DNA of 47,618 nt from an uncultured virus (IMG/VR IMGVR_UViG_3300028393_000024) (IMGVR_UViG_3300028393_000024); one strand, 5' to 3'; positions 9,837 to 19,897 are shown, numbered from the stretch's first letter. The notes: generated from the letters alone by a model not told the origin. Numbers and translations are program-made.

Positions 9837-10835
9837 ATGACCAAAAAGATTTTAATTATAACTGATAACTTACCTGATCAAATCAATGGTGTTGTTACGA
9901 CCTACAAGAACATTGAAGCATGCGCGATTCGCGATGGTTATACTGTGGATTATATTGATCCCAGGTGCTTCCGCTATGTTGATTGTCCTGGCTACAACGA
10001 AGTCAAGATTACCTTCCCGTGGAAAATTTGGAAAAAGATCGAGGAGATTAATCCGAATCATATCCATATCGCCACAGAGGGTACTTTGGGTTTGTGGGCT
10101 AGAGCATATCTTTCAAAACATAATATTAGGCACAATACTGCTTACCATACTAAGTTTCCTGAAGGTTTAAAGAAGTTATTTGGTATACCAGAATGGATTA
10201 CTTGGCGATTTGTTCGTTGGTTTCATAAGCATAGTGGTAAAGTTCTAACTACTACTGACACTATGGTCAAGGATTTAAAATCACATGGATTCGATGGAGA
10301 AGTTATTTCTTGGACTCGTGGTGTTGATAGAGAAATCTTTACACCTAACCTTAGAGAAGAATTACTAGCAAAATATTTGCTGTGTGTTAGTCGTGTGAGT
10401 AAAGAAAAGAATTTAGAAGCATTTTTTGAGTTAGAGTATCCTGGATATCAAAAGATAATGGTAGGCGATGGACCAATGCTTGAAACTTATAAGAAACAAT
10501 ATCCTAGTGTCCATTTTACGGGGTTTAAGACTGGCGTAGATCTGGCACGATATTATGCCAACGCAGAAGTATTTGTGTTTCCATCTCGTTGGGAAACCTT
10601 TGGTATTGTAATGATTGAAGCCATGGCTTGTGGTACTCCAGTTGCTGCGTTTCCTTGTGATGGTCCACTTGATGTTATTGATCAAGCGGAAACTGGTTTC
10701 ATGAACGAAAACTTAAAACACGCTGTTGATGGATGTTTGCAATTAAGTAGAGAAAGAGTTTTAGAAGGTAGTCAGCGTTGGACATGGGATAATGCTTGGA
10801 AAATATTTAAAGAAAATTTAGTAAACAAAACATGA
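9837..10835 (+). CDS. GT4 family glycosyltransferase (Agt-like)
   Basis: QINGVVTT, HIATEG, AYHTKFPE, VFPSRWETFGIVMIEAMACGTPV. Confidence 0.9.
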   Translation: MTKKILIITDNLPDQINGVVTTYKNIEACAIRDGYTVDYIDPRCFRYVDCPGYNEVKITFPWKIWKKIEEINPNHIHIATEGTLGLWARAYLSKHNIRHNTAYHTKFPEGLKKLFGIPEWITWRFVRWFHKHSGKVLTTTDTMVKDLKSHGFDGEVISWTRGVDREIFTPNLREELLAKYLLCVSRVSKEKNLEAFFELEYPGYQKIMVGDGPMLETYKKQYPSVHFTGFKTGVDLARYYANAEVFVFPSRWETFGIVMIEAMACGTPVAAFPCDGPLDVIDQAETGFMNENLKHAVDGCLQLSRERVLEGSQRWTWDNAWKIFKENLVNKT

Positions 10836-11482
10836 AACACCTCGCACTGTTTATGCGACATCCAGAATGTTCTGAAGATTGCGCATATGCAATGGTGCAT
10901 GCGTTATCCTCTGAGTACCAAATTCGAATATTCGAAGAGAAGGAGTTAGATGATGATAATTTCTTTGACCATATTGATGTTATTGCTTTTCCTGGTGGTA
11001 TTGGTGATAGCGACAGTTATCCTAATTTCTTCACTAGAAGAAGAGCGAATCGAATCGCCAGATTCGTGGATGGTGGTGGTCACTATCTTGGCATCTGTAT
11101 GGGTGCTTATTGGGCTGGAAGCAGGTACTTCGATATACTTACTGATATCAACCCTGTTCAATATATAAAGCAACCAAATTCTGATGTAAAAAGAAGCTAC
11201 GGAACGGTAGCTTCAGTCACATGGAAAAATCAACAAGAAAAGATGTACTTCTATGATGGCTGCGCATTAATAGGCGATGAAACTAAATTCAAAACAATTG
11301 CGCGATATGCCAATGGAGATCCAATGGCAATCATTCAAGGTAGGATTGGTTTAATAGGTTGTCATCCTGAAGCACCACTGTACTGGTATGAGGATCCTTG
11401 GCAGTACATAAATAAATATTGGAATGGTGGTCATCATCATACACTACTTTTGAATTTTGTCAATGAACTTACGGAGAATTAA
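10832..11482 (+). CDS. Class I glutamine amidotransferase-like protein (biotin-protein-ligase N-terminal-type domain)
   Basis: FPGG, YLGICMGAY, GCHPE. Confidence 0.8.
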   Translation: MKHLALFMRHPECSEDCAYAMVHALSSEYQIRIFEEKELDDDNFFDHIDVIAFPGGIGDSDSYPNFFTRRRANRIARFVDGGGHYLGICMGAYWAGSRYFDILTDINPVQYIKQPNSDVKRSYGTVASVTWKNQQEKMYFYDGCALIGDETKFKTIARYANGDPMAIIQGRIGLIGCHPEAPLYWYEDPWQYINKYWNGGHHHTLLLNFVNELTEN

Positions 11483-11605
11483 ATGATATTGGAAGTTATA
11501 GTATACGGATTCTTTACGGCATTTGGTTGGTGGGGTGCGAATCACTATGTGATTGAACCATACTTTCCCGAATCGAAGAAGATTGAAAGAAAGAAAGATG
11601 ACTGA
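11483..11605 (+). CDS. Small membrane protein (40 aa)
   Basis: MILEVIVYGFFTAFGWWGANHY; GGAG RBS. Confidence 0.55.
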   Translation: MILEVIVYGFFTAFGWWGANHYVIEPYFPESKKIERKKDD

Positions 11606-11837
11606 GTGGTGGTTGACTTTCTTTGCCTTATTTTTCACCGATGTTTTTTACACGTACTATCTAAGATCTGTGCAAAATAATGAAGTGCTCAAAGCAAGTG
11701 CTTGGTCTGTGGTTGTGTTCTTCATCGCTGCAGTGGCAGTTGTAAACTACACCACCGATCACTGGCTTATGATTCCTGCATGTTTCGGAGCATTCGCTGG
11801 AACATTTGTCGGGATGAAACTTAGAGGTAAACTGTGA
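11598..11837 (+). CDS. Small 3-TM membrane protein
   Basis: MTEWWLTFF...; hydrophobic. Confidence 0.65.
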   Translation: MTEWWLTFFALFFTDVFYTYYLRSVQNNEVLKASAWSVVVFFIAAVAVVNYTTDHWLMIPACFGAFAGTFVGMKLRGKL

Positions 11838-12115
11838 AAAAACTATTAATACTGTTTTGTTTATTTTGTTCTGTTTGTAGAGCAGAACCTTTTACAACTC
11901 AGAAAAACATAGTATGTACAGAATTTTTAGAAGCGATGGTTGGCTTAAAAGAATTTAATGAAAGCATTATATTCAAAGGCGAACCAACTGGTCCAGGAGA
12001 TACAGGAAGTTTTATTGTATTGATGGAAAACAAAGAAACTGGAACATGGACAATTTTACAGTATAGTGCTAAAGTTGCTTGTGTTTTGGCAGTGGGAAAA
12101 AATGAAAAAAGTTAA
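11834..12115 (+). CDS. Secreted hypothetical protein
   Basis: Signal peptide; NKETGTWTIL...ACVLAVG. Confidence 0.65.
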   Translation: MKKLLILFCLFCSVCRAEPFTTQKNIVCTEFLEAMVGLKEFNESIIFKGEPTGPGDTGSFIVLMENKETGTWTILQYSAKVACVLAVGKNEKS

Positions 12116-12131
12116 TTTATAGAAAGAAATT

Positions 12132-12311
12132 ATGAACAAACCTGACAAGAATTTTAGATTGAGCAAGACAGCCAAGCGCATGGCTTCCACAATTGTTGAC
12201 AACAACAGTCGTAGACAGTTTATTCGCTTAATGATAGATGGTGAACTTGAAGCCAAGAAAGCACCACCAAGACAAGAAAAAGGACGCAAAAAGGATACCC
12301 CTACAGAGTAA
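12132..12311 (+). CDS. Small basic hypothetical protein (59 aa)
   Basis: MNKPDKNFRLSKTAKRM...; read by hand. Confidence 0.55.
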   Translation: MNKPDKNFRLSKTAKRMASTIVDNNSRRQFIRLMIDGELEAKKAPPRQEKGRKKDTPTE

Positions 12312-12332
12312 AGGGTTATCTCTCCTCTTGCA

Positions 12333-12392
12333 AACCCCACCCTGCGTGGGGTTTTTCACATGCTTGACATTAATTCCCGAAGTAGGTATAAT
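12333..12392 (+). promoter_or_regulatory. Palindrome variant plus sigma70 promoter
   Basis: AACCCCAC-N5-GTGGGGTT, then TTGACA-17-TATAAT. Confidence 0.8.
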
Positions 12393-12414
12393 TAAGGTTC
12401 AAGAGGAGAAAAAG

Positions 12415-12561
12415 ATGCCTGTTTTTAAAAATGATTTAGATTTTAGCGAGTTTTTAGATTTTTTAGCCGAATTATCGGTTAACGGAGAAACCTTTGAAAT
12501 CGCCCTGTCTGCGCTTAAACTTCAGACTGCGCTTAAAGAGTTTTACGGAAACCCCTACTAA
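12415..12561 (+). CDS. Small hypothetical early protein
   Basis: GAGGAG RBS after the promoter; MPVFKNDLDF. Confidence 0.55.
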   Translation: MPVFKNDLDFSEFLDFLAELSVNGETFEIALSALKLQTALKEFYGNPY

Positions 12562-12605
12562 GAGTAGGGTTATCGCTTGACATTAATTATTGTTTGAGGT
12601 ATAAT
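12549..12605 (+). promoter_or_regulatory. Palindrome plus sigma70 promoter
   Basis: CCCTAC-TAAGA-GTAGGG, then TTGACA-17-TATAAT. Confidence 0.8.
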
Positions 12606-12611
12606 TATTTT

Positions 12612-12965
12612 ATGAACATCTTACACACTGGTACACACAAGTCCAAGAAACGCAAACCCGATGCCAAGGCAAGGCAGTTGCGTGAAGATTGGGAAAAAAT
12701 GTTAAAGAAGTATGCCACAAAGACTTCGACTGCTCCACAAAAGCACGAGAAACTCAGTGAGTCAGACTTCCTTGGGAAACCTGCTTGTCGTGAGACACCT
12801 AAGATTCCAAGTCTTCCATTCACTGGTGCGCCATGTTATAAGAAAGCAAATCCTGTTTATACAGGTACAAAGGTAAAGGGTATCGGCACTATGCATAAGT
12901 CTAATGCTGTTCCAATTTTTAGTGATGAAGAAGCAGTAGCCATCGCAACTATGAGGAGAGGATAA
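12612..12965 (+). CDS. Basic hypothetical protein typical of T4-like phages
   Basis: YTGTKVKGIGTMHKSNAVPIF motif. Confidence 0.75.
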   Translation: MNILHTGTHKSKKRKPDAKARQLREDWEKMLKKYATKTSTAPQKHEKLSESDFLGKPACRETPKIPSLPFTGAPCYKKANPVYTGTKVKGIGTMHKSNAVPIFSDEEAVAIATMRRG

Positions 12966-13465
12966 TGAATTTTCTTTGCGAGCAGGGTACGGAATTAATT
13001 AATATGGAAGAAATAAGATTCTACAAAGCATACCAGGAAATTAAATCTTTAAACGAAGATTTGGCTATTTGGCTGTGGAATAAAAGGGCAATTTCATATG
13101 AAAGATTTTGGGAAATAGCATTAGCAGGATTAAAACAAGGTGTAAAATGGTCTAATATTAAAGGAATGGACCATTCTGATGGGACTGAAGTAAAAACACT
13201 TCGCTACAGCTGGGATACCAGTAATGGTGGATGTTGGACTGGAACAGTAGGAAATACTGATACGAAAACTGGAAATATGAAGATTGTGATTTACAATCCA
13301 TTGAGACAAGAGTTTTGTTTTGTGTTTCTAACAAATAAAGAAAAGAATGCATATTCAAATGCTTCAGGTCGTGGAAGTTTAAAATTTACTTTTCCAAAAT
13401 ATAAAGAACCAAATGGTTGGTGGGTAAAGTATGTTGTTCCGTTTGAGAAGTTTGTGAAATTGTAA
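12965..13465 (+). CDS. Hypothetical protein, possibly nuclease-like
   Basis: 166-aa ORF; D-x4-EVK could be a PD-(D/E)XK core. Confidence 0.55.
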   Translation: MNFLCEQGTELINMEEIRFYKAYQEIKSLNEDLAIWLWNKRAISYERFWEIALAGLKQGVKWSNIKGMDHSDGTEVKTLRYSWDTSNGGCWTGTVGNTDTKTGNMKIVIYNPLRQEFCFVFLTNKEKNAYSNASGRGSLKFTFPKYKEPNGWWVKYVVPFEKFVKL

Positions 13466-13474
13466 AGGTATGTT

Positions 13475-14785
13475 ATGAATCTGAATAAATTTTTTAATGA
13501 ATTGGCTGCGGATAATTCTCGCAACTTTAAACTCGACACACTGAAAGCAAATGTCAACGATGTTGTCTTGCGTCAAGTTATTTCTTTGGCATTAGATCCC
13601 TTCACGAACTTCTATCAGCGTAAGATTCCTGCATATAAACCAAATCATACAAGCGTAAACCTCAATCTGAAAGATGCGTTTCCGTATCTCTATCAGTTGT
13701 GTAATCGTTTGGTCACTGGAAATGCTGCCATTGATAAACTGACTGAGGTTCTTGAGTTGGTGTCTGCCGATGACGCAAAGGTGCTTGAGCGCATCATTAA
13801 GAAAGATTTAATGTGTGGTGTTTCTATATCAACAGCCAATGCAGTTTGGCCAGGACTCATCAAAGAATATCCTGTTATGCTGTGTTCAGGTTACGAGCAA
13901 AAATTGGTTGACAAAATTAAATTTCCTGCTTATGCGCAGTTGAAGATGGATGGTATGAGATTTAATGCTATCGTCAAAAATGAAACTTGTGAATTCCGTA
14001 GTCGTAATGGTAAAGAAATCTTGTTAGATACAGACTTGAAAGATCAATTTATTGCAATCGCTGCTGGATCAGACATGGTGTTTGATGGTGAGTTAATGGT
14101 GATGGATCCTGATGGCTGTCAATTTTTGGATCGTCAAACAGGTAATGGTATTTTGAACAAGGCTGTTAAGGGAACTATTTCAGCAAAAGAAGCGGACATG
14201 GTTCATGCTTCAGTTTGGGATGCTATTCCCTATGTTTTGTTTGAAGATTCTTACTGTGACACACCTTACTCTCGCAGGTTCTCTAAGTTGAAAACGATTC
14301 TGGATGCTGTTCCATTTAAAACTGAAAAGAAAATTTGGTTAGTAACAAGTAACATTGTAAATACTCTTGAAGAAGCAACAGAAATATTCGAAGGATATCT
14401 TTCTGAAGGATTAGAAGGTATCATTCTAAAAGATGGCTCAGGTGTTTGGGAAGATAAACGTGCAAAGCACCAGATTAAGTTCAAAGGCGAACTTGAATGT
14501 GATTTAAAAATTGTTGGCACTGAGCCACACAAAAAGAAACCTGGTTTGCTCGGTGCAATTATTTGTGAGTCTGCCGATGGTATTGTTAAAGTAAATGTAG
14601 GAAGTGGGTTCAATGACACGCATCGTAAATCGTATAAGGAGAAAGATCTTCTTGGGAAAATTGTCGCTATCAAGTACAATGCTAGGATTAAGAATAAAAC
14701 TGGTGAAGAAAGTTTGTTCCTCCCTGTATTTGTCGAACTACGGGAAGACAAAAATACTGCAGATAATTCTAAGGAAATAAAATGA
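13475..14785 (+). CDS. ATP-dependent DNA ligase (T4 gp30-like)
   Basis: KMDGMR adenylation motif, FDGEL, EGIILK, VNVGSG, LFLPVF. Confidence 0.95.
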   Translation: MNLNKFFNELAADNSRNFKLDTLKANVNDVVLRQVISLALDPFTNFYQRKIPAYKPNHTSVNLNLKDAFPYLYQLCNRLVTGNAAIDKLTEVLELVSADDAKVLERIIKKDLMCGVSISTANAVWPGLIKEYPVMLCSGYEQKLVDKIKFPAYAQLKMDGMRFNAIVKNETCEFRSRNGKEILLDTDLKDQFIAIAAGSDMVFDGELMVMDPDGCQFLDRQTGNGILNKAVKGTISAKEADMVHASVWDAIPYVLFEDSYCDTPYSRRFSKLKTILDAVPFKTEKKIWLVTSNIVNTLEEATEIFEGYLSEGLEGIILKDGSGVWEDKRAKHQIKFKGELECDLKIVGTEPHKKKPGLLGAIICESADGIVKVNVGSGFNDTHRKSYKEKDLLGKIVAIKYNARIKNKTGEESLFLPVFVELREDKNTADNSKEIK

Positions 14786-15132
14786 GTCTTGATGTTGATC
14801 TGATGGTTACTCAGCCGACTTCGGTTTACTCTAGTAATATCACTCACAATCTTGGTAAGATGGCTGGTGAGGTTAATATACCTTATATGGCTGGAACAGT
14901 GACATTGTATACTATCCTTTGGCGACCAGAAGAACTTCAGTTTACCAAAGCAATTGAAATTCTTTCTTTATTGCATGAAGGTTTGATTGAACTAATCTGT
15001 TTCCCTGAGAAGTATAAACCTTTCAATCCAGAGAATGGTTGGGGTGATTATGATGGGTTAGTGAACTTTGTTCGTGAATATCATAATGCATGTTTGGACA
15101 ATCCCGATGCAGAACTTCGTGTCTCTCGATAG
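14782..15132 (+). CDS. Hypothetical protein
   Basis: NITHNL...FNPENGWGDY. Confidence 0.7.
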   Translation: MSLDVDLMVTQPTSVYSSNITHNLGKMAGEVNIPYMAGTVTLYTILWRPEELQFTKAIEILSLLHEGLIELICFPEKYKPFNPENGWGDYDGLVNFVREYHNACLDNPDAELRVSR

Positions 15133-15145
15133 TTGCAAGTCTGAC

Positions 15146-15174
15146 TTGACGAAAAATGAATTTTCATGTATAAT
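15146..15174 (+). promoter_or_regulatory. sigma70 promoter
   Basis: TTGACG-17-TATAAT. Confidence 0.7.
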
Positions 15175-15203
15175 ATGAATGTAGAGTTTAATTAAGGAAC
15201 AAA

Positions 15204-15569
15204 ATGAAAGTAGCAATTAATACATGTTTTGGTGGATTTGGTATCTCAAATGAAGCGTTTGAGAAGTTGCTGGATCGTAAAGGTATTGCGTTCGATAAAG
15301 TGGAGCCAGAAGAAGGTCGTTCATTTATCGGTGCTTCTTATTACGAAGCAGGACATGCTGGTGACGACGACCATTATTTAAGTGATTATGATATGACAGA
15401 GAATCGTGCTGATCCAGATTTGATCGCAGTCATTGAAGAACTAGGTGATAAAGCCAACACTCGATATAGTGCTATTTCTATAATTGAAATTCCTGATGAT
15501 GTTAAGTGGCACATCCATGAGTATGATGGTATGGAACATGTAGCAGAAAATCATAGGACTTGGCCATGA
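15204..15569 (+). CDS. Hypothetical protein
   Basis: INTCFGGFGIS...EYDGMEHV; AAGGA RBS. Confidence 0.75.
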   Translation: MKVAINTCFGGFGISNEAFEKLLDRKGIAFDKVEPEEGRSFIGASYYEAGHAGDDDHYLSDYDMTENRADPDLIAVIEELGDKANTRYSAISIIEIPDDVKWHIHEYDGMEHVAENHRTWP

Positions 15570-16111
15570 GAAAAGAATTAGACGAAGCACTGTGTGCAGG
15601 ATATCCACTGATCTTTAAGAATCGGAATGGAAGCCCAGAAGAAACATTAATGTGTTTTGGGTTTGAGGTAGGTGATGGCTGGTTTAACATCATCGATACT
15701 CTTTGTGGTATATTGACTAGTGAATACCGTGGCGCAAAAAGTCGTTATGACCATCTTATGGAAGTTGGTGCTGGTAATGTTATTTGGGGAACAAAAGTAG
15801 TAACACAAGAAGAAGTTGATGAAGCCAAGACAAAACTTGATGAAGAAACTGCGAAAGTTCCAGTCGCTGTTCAAGTAAAAGAAAAGTTCGGTGGACTTCG
15901 TTTCTATGTTCAGGCTGCAACTGACAAGCATTACCACTACATTAATTTTGCAGAGTCCATGAGTTATGTTACATGTGAACAGTGTGGTGCACCAGGTAAA
16001 CGATACACCGATGGCTGGCACACAACTCTTTGTGATATTCATGCAGCAATGCTTGGTCGTGAGGAAGAGTATGAATCTGAAGAAACAGAGGTAGATGAAA
16101 ATGCTGTATAG
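15566..16111 (+). CDS. Hypothetical protein with C-terminal Zn-finger
   Basis: QVKEKFGGLRFY, TCEQCG...TLCDIH. Confidence 0.75.
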   Translation: MRKELDEALCAGYPLIFKNRNGSPEETLMCFGFEVGDGWFNIIDTLCGILTSEYRGAKSRYDHLMEVGAGNVIWGTKVVTQEEVDEAKTKLDEETAKVPVAVQVKEKFGGLRFYVQAATDKHYHYINFAESMSYVTCEQCGAPGKRYTDGWHTTLCDIHAAMLGREEEYESEETEVDENAV

Positions 16112-16475
16112 TAAAGACCAATTACCAAATTTGTTTCAGAAAATCGATGACCTTATCGTTGGTTCTGGCTTTGAAGTATATCATGAACCAGCACCAAAAT
16201 ATATCATGGGTCCAAACTGGACTGATGAACTACGAGAAAAGAATGGCTACACACTAGTTAATGGTGAGTGGTTTACAGTTACCCCTGTAAAGGCACAATG
16301 GGATGTGTTTAAAAAAGATCTTGAGCAGTTGATGAATGATTTGTCTGATCAACGCAAAAAGATGGACATGCAACAACGTAGACTCTGGGAAATGGAGTAT
16401 GGGTTGCGAGTTGCCGAGAAAGCACTAACGAATTCCCTTAAACTTAAACAGGAAATGGTAGACAATGATATATGA
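16095..16475 (+). CDS. Hypothetical protein
   Basis: ORF in a packed operon. Confidence 0.6.
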   Translation: MKMLYSKDQLPNLFQKIDDLIVGSGFEVYHEPAPKYIMGPNWTDELREKNGYTLVNGEWFTVTPVKAQWDVFKKDLEQLMNDLSDQRKKMDMQQRRLWEMEYGLRVAEKALTNSLKLKQEMVDNDI

Positions 16476-16683
16476 TAGAAAGGTACCTGCTTTGTTACAA
16501 TCAAAACAACCAGTAACAGATTCTATGTCACTAACAGTGACACGTGAATTCATCGAAGGTTATGTTCTTAAAAAGAACTGGCCAATTTTTGGACCCAAAC
16601 AATCTATCCTAGTATCTGCTCAACCAGTGGAGAATGGTGATGGTGAGTTTATAAAAGTGAAAGTGATACCCTATGGCGATTGA
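16465..16683 (+). CDS. Hypothetical protein
   Basis: ORF in a packed operon. Confidence 0.5.
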   Translation: MIYDRKVPALLQSKQPVTDSMSLTVTREFIEGYVLKKNWPIFGPKQSILVSAQPVENGDGEFIKVKVIPYGD

Positions 16684-16924
16684 TCCAAGTGTAAAATCAT
16701 ATGTCGAGTTAGATGTTACCGAGGATTACCAAATCCGTATGGAACATGTTCATGACAAGAAATATGATCTACATCAAATTAAAATTAAGCGAGCAAATAC
16801 TGATGACAGCACAGGTAAAAGACCTGTCTATCCAGACATTGACTTTAATTTAGATACTAAAATGTTTATACAATTCTGTAAGTTTTTTCAAAATATAGGT
16901 GAGGTTCGTTATGGTAACAAGTAA
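16673..16924 (+). CDS. Hypothetical protein
   Basis: ORF in a packed operon. Confidence 0.55.
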   Translation: MAIDPSVKSYVELDVTEDYQIRMEHVHDKKYDLHQIKIKRANTDDSTGKRPVYPDIDFNLDTKMFIQFCKFFQNIGEVRYGNK

Positions 16925-17243
16925 TAGTGGTATTGATTTTATTTCATTGGCAAAAGCATCTGGTGTTGATCTAGATGCAATCATGAAAGAGCCAGAGTTC
17001 GCTGAATATCTGCGTGGTTATCTAAGCGAAAGCACAATCACTGTGACTTTCACCAAGAAAGATGGAACACTTCGTGTTATGAAGTGCACCAAACAATCCG
17101 ATTTGATTCCTGATGCTATGCAACCAAAAGGTACTGGTACCATGACAACAGGTGATGCTGTTGCTGCCTTTGACTTAGATAAACAAGAATGGCGTTCTTT
17201 TAACACCAGTAATATTACTCGCATTGATTGGGGAACAGTATGA
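16911..17243 (+). CDS. SH3/WYL-like beta-barrel protein
   Basis: VTFTKKDGTLRVMKCT...FDLDKQEWRSF; GAGG RBS. Confidence 0.75.
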   Translation: MVTSNSGIDFISLAKASGVDLDAIMKEPEFAEYLRGYLSESTITVTFTKKDGTLRVMKCTKQSDLIPDAMQPKGTGTMTTGDAVAAFDLDKQEWRSFNTSNITRIDWGTV

Positions 17244-17404
17244 TTACCTACGACACAACAAGAGAAGAATACATCGCTGTATTGGAAACTGAGGTAGAAG
17301 TTCTGCGTCGCTACTACAATCCAGAGACAGAAGGAACAGGGCATTTTAACACTGCGATTGCTGTTTTAGAAATGCGTATCAAAGAATTGAAGGAACAACA
17401 ATGA
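17240..17404 (+). CDS. Small hypothetical protein (54 aa)
   Basis: ATGA overlaps at both ends. Confidence 0.55.
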   Translation: MITYDTTREEYIAVLETEVEVLRRYYNPETEGTGHFNTAIAVLEMRIKELKEQQ

Positions 17405-17670
17405 CACAATCAGTATCCAGTCCAGAAGATCGTAACAAGATCAAGAAAATGCTTGCTGAGATTAGTGGGTCAATGACTCGCATTGAAGCAGAGCGTGACT
17501 TGATTCGTGAAACAATCAAGGATATGTCAGAGAAGTTTTTACTTCCAAAGAAAACCCTTGCTCGTATGGCAAAGGTATATCACAAGCAAAACTACACTCA
17601 AGAAGTAGCGGAGCATGAAGAGTTTGAAGATTTGTATGAAGCAATCGTTCAGGAGAAAAACAATGGCTAA
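17401..17670 (+). CDS. dsbA: T4 DsbA-like double-stranded DNA-binding protein
   Basis: EISGSMTRIEAERDLI...RMAKVYHKQN...FEDLYE. Confidence 0.7.
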   Translation: MTQSVSSPEDRNKIKKMLAEISGSMTRIEAERDLIRETIKDMSEKFLLPKKTLARMAKVYHKQNYTQEVAEHEEFEDLYEAIVQEKNNG

Positions 17671-17851
17671 GATTTTATTTGTTGTTGCAGTAATTTTTGC
17701 TTTGATTGTTATCATGCCAGTTGCAACTATTTGGTCGCTAAACACTCTGTTCCCTGCTCTTGCAATCCCCTTGTCTTTCAACACTTGGATCGCTACAGTG
17801 GTCTTGGGTGGTGTAGTCGGTGGCACAACTGGTGTATCGTTCAAAAAATAA
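17663..17851 (+). CDS. Small membrane protein
   Basis: AGGAG RBS; IWSLNTLFP. Confidence 0.65.
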   Translation: MAKILFVVAVIFALIVIMPVATIWSLNTLFPALAIPLSFNTWIATVVLGGVVGGTTGVSFKK

Positions 17852-17854
17852 TGC

Positions 17855-17883
17855 TTGACTTTAATTGTTAAATAGGGTATAAT
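17855..17883 (+). promoter_or_regulatory. sigma70 promoter
   Basis: TTGACT-17-TATAAT. Confidence 0.75.
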
Positions 17884-17909
17884 TAATACTTAACTGAGGA
17901 GAATACCCT

Positions 17910-19028
17910 ATGGCTACATCGGCTAAAAACAAACTGCAAGCAGCAAAACATGAACGAATGGTAAAAGGTGATGAACCACAACTTCGTTCTAATCATTATC
18001 AAGTAGACTTACTACATGCGTTGAATTATTTTAACGCACATCATGATGACAAAGATAAAAAGAAGTGGTTCATTCATCATGTCGCTCAGACCGACAAGAA
18101 ACTGGCAGTACAACTTACCAAACTTGATGAGAAACTTTTCCGTCAAGCAGGTATCCTTGCCAGATTACAAGACACTGGTTCAGATTTACTTGAGAAGGAA
18201 GCACTCTACTTCGCAAAGAAATTTGCTGAATTGAAGAACACACTACCGAAACCTGAACCAACAAAGAAAGAAGTTGACGCATCAGTTGCCAAAGAAGCAG
18301 CCAATGTTATTTCCATTCAAGAACGCATGCTTGAGAAAGCACGTGGTATGGCTGGAGAATTTGAAGGATTGATTGACGATTTCATTATCGATGATAAGTC
18401 ATTTGATGCTTCAACTGTCTTGAAGAACTATCAAATCAGTGGACCAGTTGCGAAACTTATGGTCAACATGTTTGACAAAACAATTGAAGAACTCAAGGAA
18501 GTGCTTGAAGGTAAAGATGAGCAACTTAATGAAGGTTACTCGCACCTCAAGAAAACAAAGATCAAGAAGATGCTGGCACTCTATGAGTCAATCCCAGTGG
18601 CGTGTGGTTTACAGGTTCAAGTAGCCAAGGCAACAAGAGCACCACGTCAACGCAAGGAAAAGCCAGCAGGTGTGTTGGTGTCAAAGATGAAATTCATGAA
18701 GGATTTCTCTGAGTTATCTATCAAGTCTATTGTTGCAACTGGTATCATCAACAGTCAAGAACTGTGGGTGTATAACACAAAGTACAAGAAACTGCAGGTT
18801 TATCGTGCCATGGATGATAAGGGTTTGTCCGTCAAGGGAACTACTATCATTGGCTATGATCCAGCGAACTCAGGTGGTCGTACACTGCGCAAGCCAGAGT
18901 TGGTGACAGGTTATCAAGGCATGGGTAAGCGTCCACTAAATGCAGCGTATAAAGCATTGACGACCAAGGAAGCAACTGTCAATGGTCGTGTTAACGAAGA
19001 ATGTATCCTATTGAAAGTGTTTTCATGA
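17910..19028 (+). CDS. Conserved hypothetical protein of T4-like phages
   Basis: LWVYNTKYKKL, VKGTTIIG, TLRKP, NGRVNE. Confidence 0.8.
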   Translation: MATSAKNKLQAAKHERMVKGDEPQLRSNHYQVDLLHALNYFNAHHDDKDKKKWFIHHVAQTDKKLAVQLTKLDEKLFRQAGILARLQDTGSDLLEKEALYFAKKFAELKNTLPKPEPTKKEVDASVAKEAANVISIQERMLEKARGMAGEFEGLIDDFIIDDKSFDASTVLKNYQISGPVAKLMVNMFDKTIEELKEVLEGKDEQLNEGYSHLKKTKIKKMLALYESIPVACGLQVQVAKATRAPRQRKEKPAGVLVSKMKFMKDFSELSIKSIVATGIINSQELWVYNTKYKKLQVYRAMDDKGLSVKGTTIIGYDPANSGGRTLRKPELVTGYQGMGKRPLNAAYKALTTKEATVNGRVNEECILLKVFS

Positions 19029-19897
19029 TTCTAATTGATTACTCACAGGTATCACTGGCTAATATTCTTTCCTTCAAGAAAGAGTTGATGTCAGGCGATG
19101 CCAAAGCAACAACTGACTTGATTCGTCATGCGACATTGTCAACTATCAAATCATACAAGAAAAAGTATGGTAAAGATTATGGTGACATTGTTATTGCGTG
19201 TGATGGACGTAACTACTGGCGTCGTACATATTTTGAGCACTACAAAGCAAGTCGCAAGAAACATCGCGATGCTTCCGACTTAGACTGGGGCATGATTTTT
19301 GATACGCTGAGTAAGATTCGCGAAGAAATTATTGAGTTCTTCCCTTACAAAGTTATGCACCTTGACACCTGTGAAGCAGATGATGTCATTGCGGTTCTTA
19401 CTCAACAGACTCAAGAGTTTGGGTTCAATGAAAATGTCATGATTGTTTCAAGTGACAAAGACTTTAAACAACTACACAAGTATGAGAATGTGAAGCAATA
19501 CAGCCCTCTGTTGCGTAAGATGATTACTGCCAAGAAGTCTGAACTACACGAGAACTACATTACTCATATTGTTAAGGGTGATACTGGTGATGGTATTCCA
19601 AACATTCTGAGTAAAGATAACTGCTTCGTTGTTGGTGATAGACAAACACCAGTGTCATCAAAACGATTGACTGAGTTTATGGTCAATGGTTTCCTTGCTT
19701 GTAAAAATGATGAGGAACGACGCAACTGGCAACGCAATCAGATTTTGGTAAACTTTGATCACATTCCTGAGAACATTAAAAAATTGATCCTTGACACATA
19801 CCTAAGTATTAAACCAAAAGGCGACAAGATGGCAATTATGAATTATCTCATTGCCAACAGATGTCGATTGTTACTTGATGAAATTGAGGAGTTTTAA
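19025..19897 (+). CDS. rnh: T4-type RNase H (5'-3' exonuclease)
   Basis: MILIDYSQ, YKASRK, EADDVI, SSDKDFKQL, GDTGDGIPN. Confidence 0.93.
   Translation: MILIDYSQVSLANILSFKKELMSGDAKATTDLIRHATLSTIKSYKKKYGKDYGDIVIACDGRNYWRRTYFEHYKASRKKHRDASDLDWGMIFDTLSKIREEIIEFFPYKVMHLDTCEADDVIAVLTQQTQEFGFNENVMIVSSDKDFKQLHKYENVKQYSPLLRKMITAKKSELHENYITHIVKGDTGDGIPNILSKDNCFVVGDRQTPVSSKRLTEFMVNGFLACKNDEERRNWQRNQILVNFDHIPENIKKLILDTYLSIKPKGDKMAIMNYLIANRCRLLLDEIEEF

Noticed and set aside
14266..14847. 193-aa minus-strand ORF and similar antisense ORFs throughout
   Set aside because: Shadows of well-supported + strand genes or tRNAs, with no recognisable motifs
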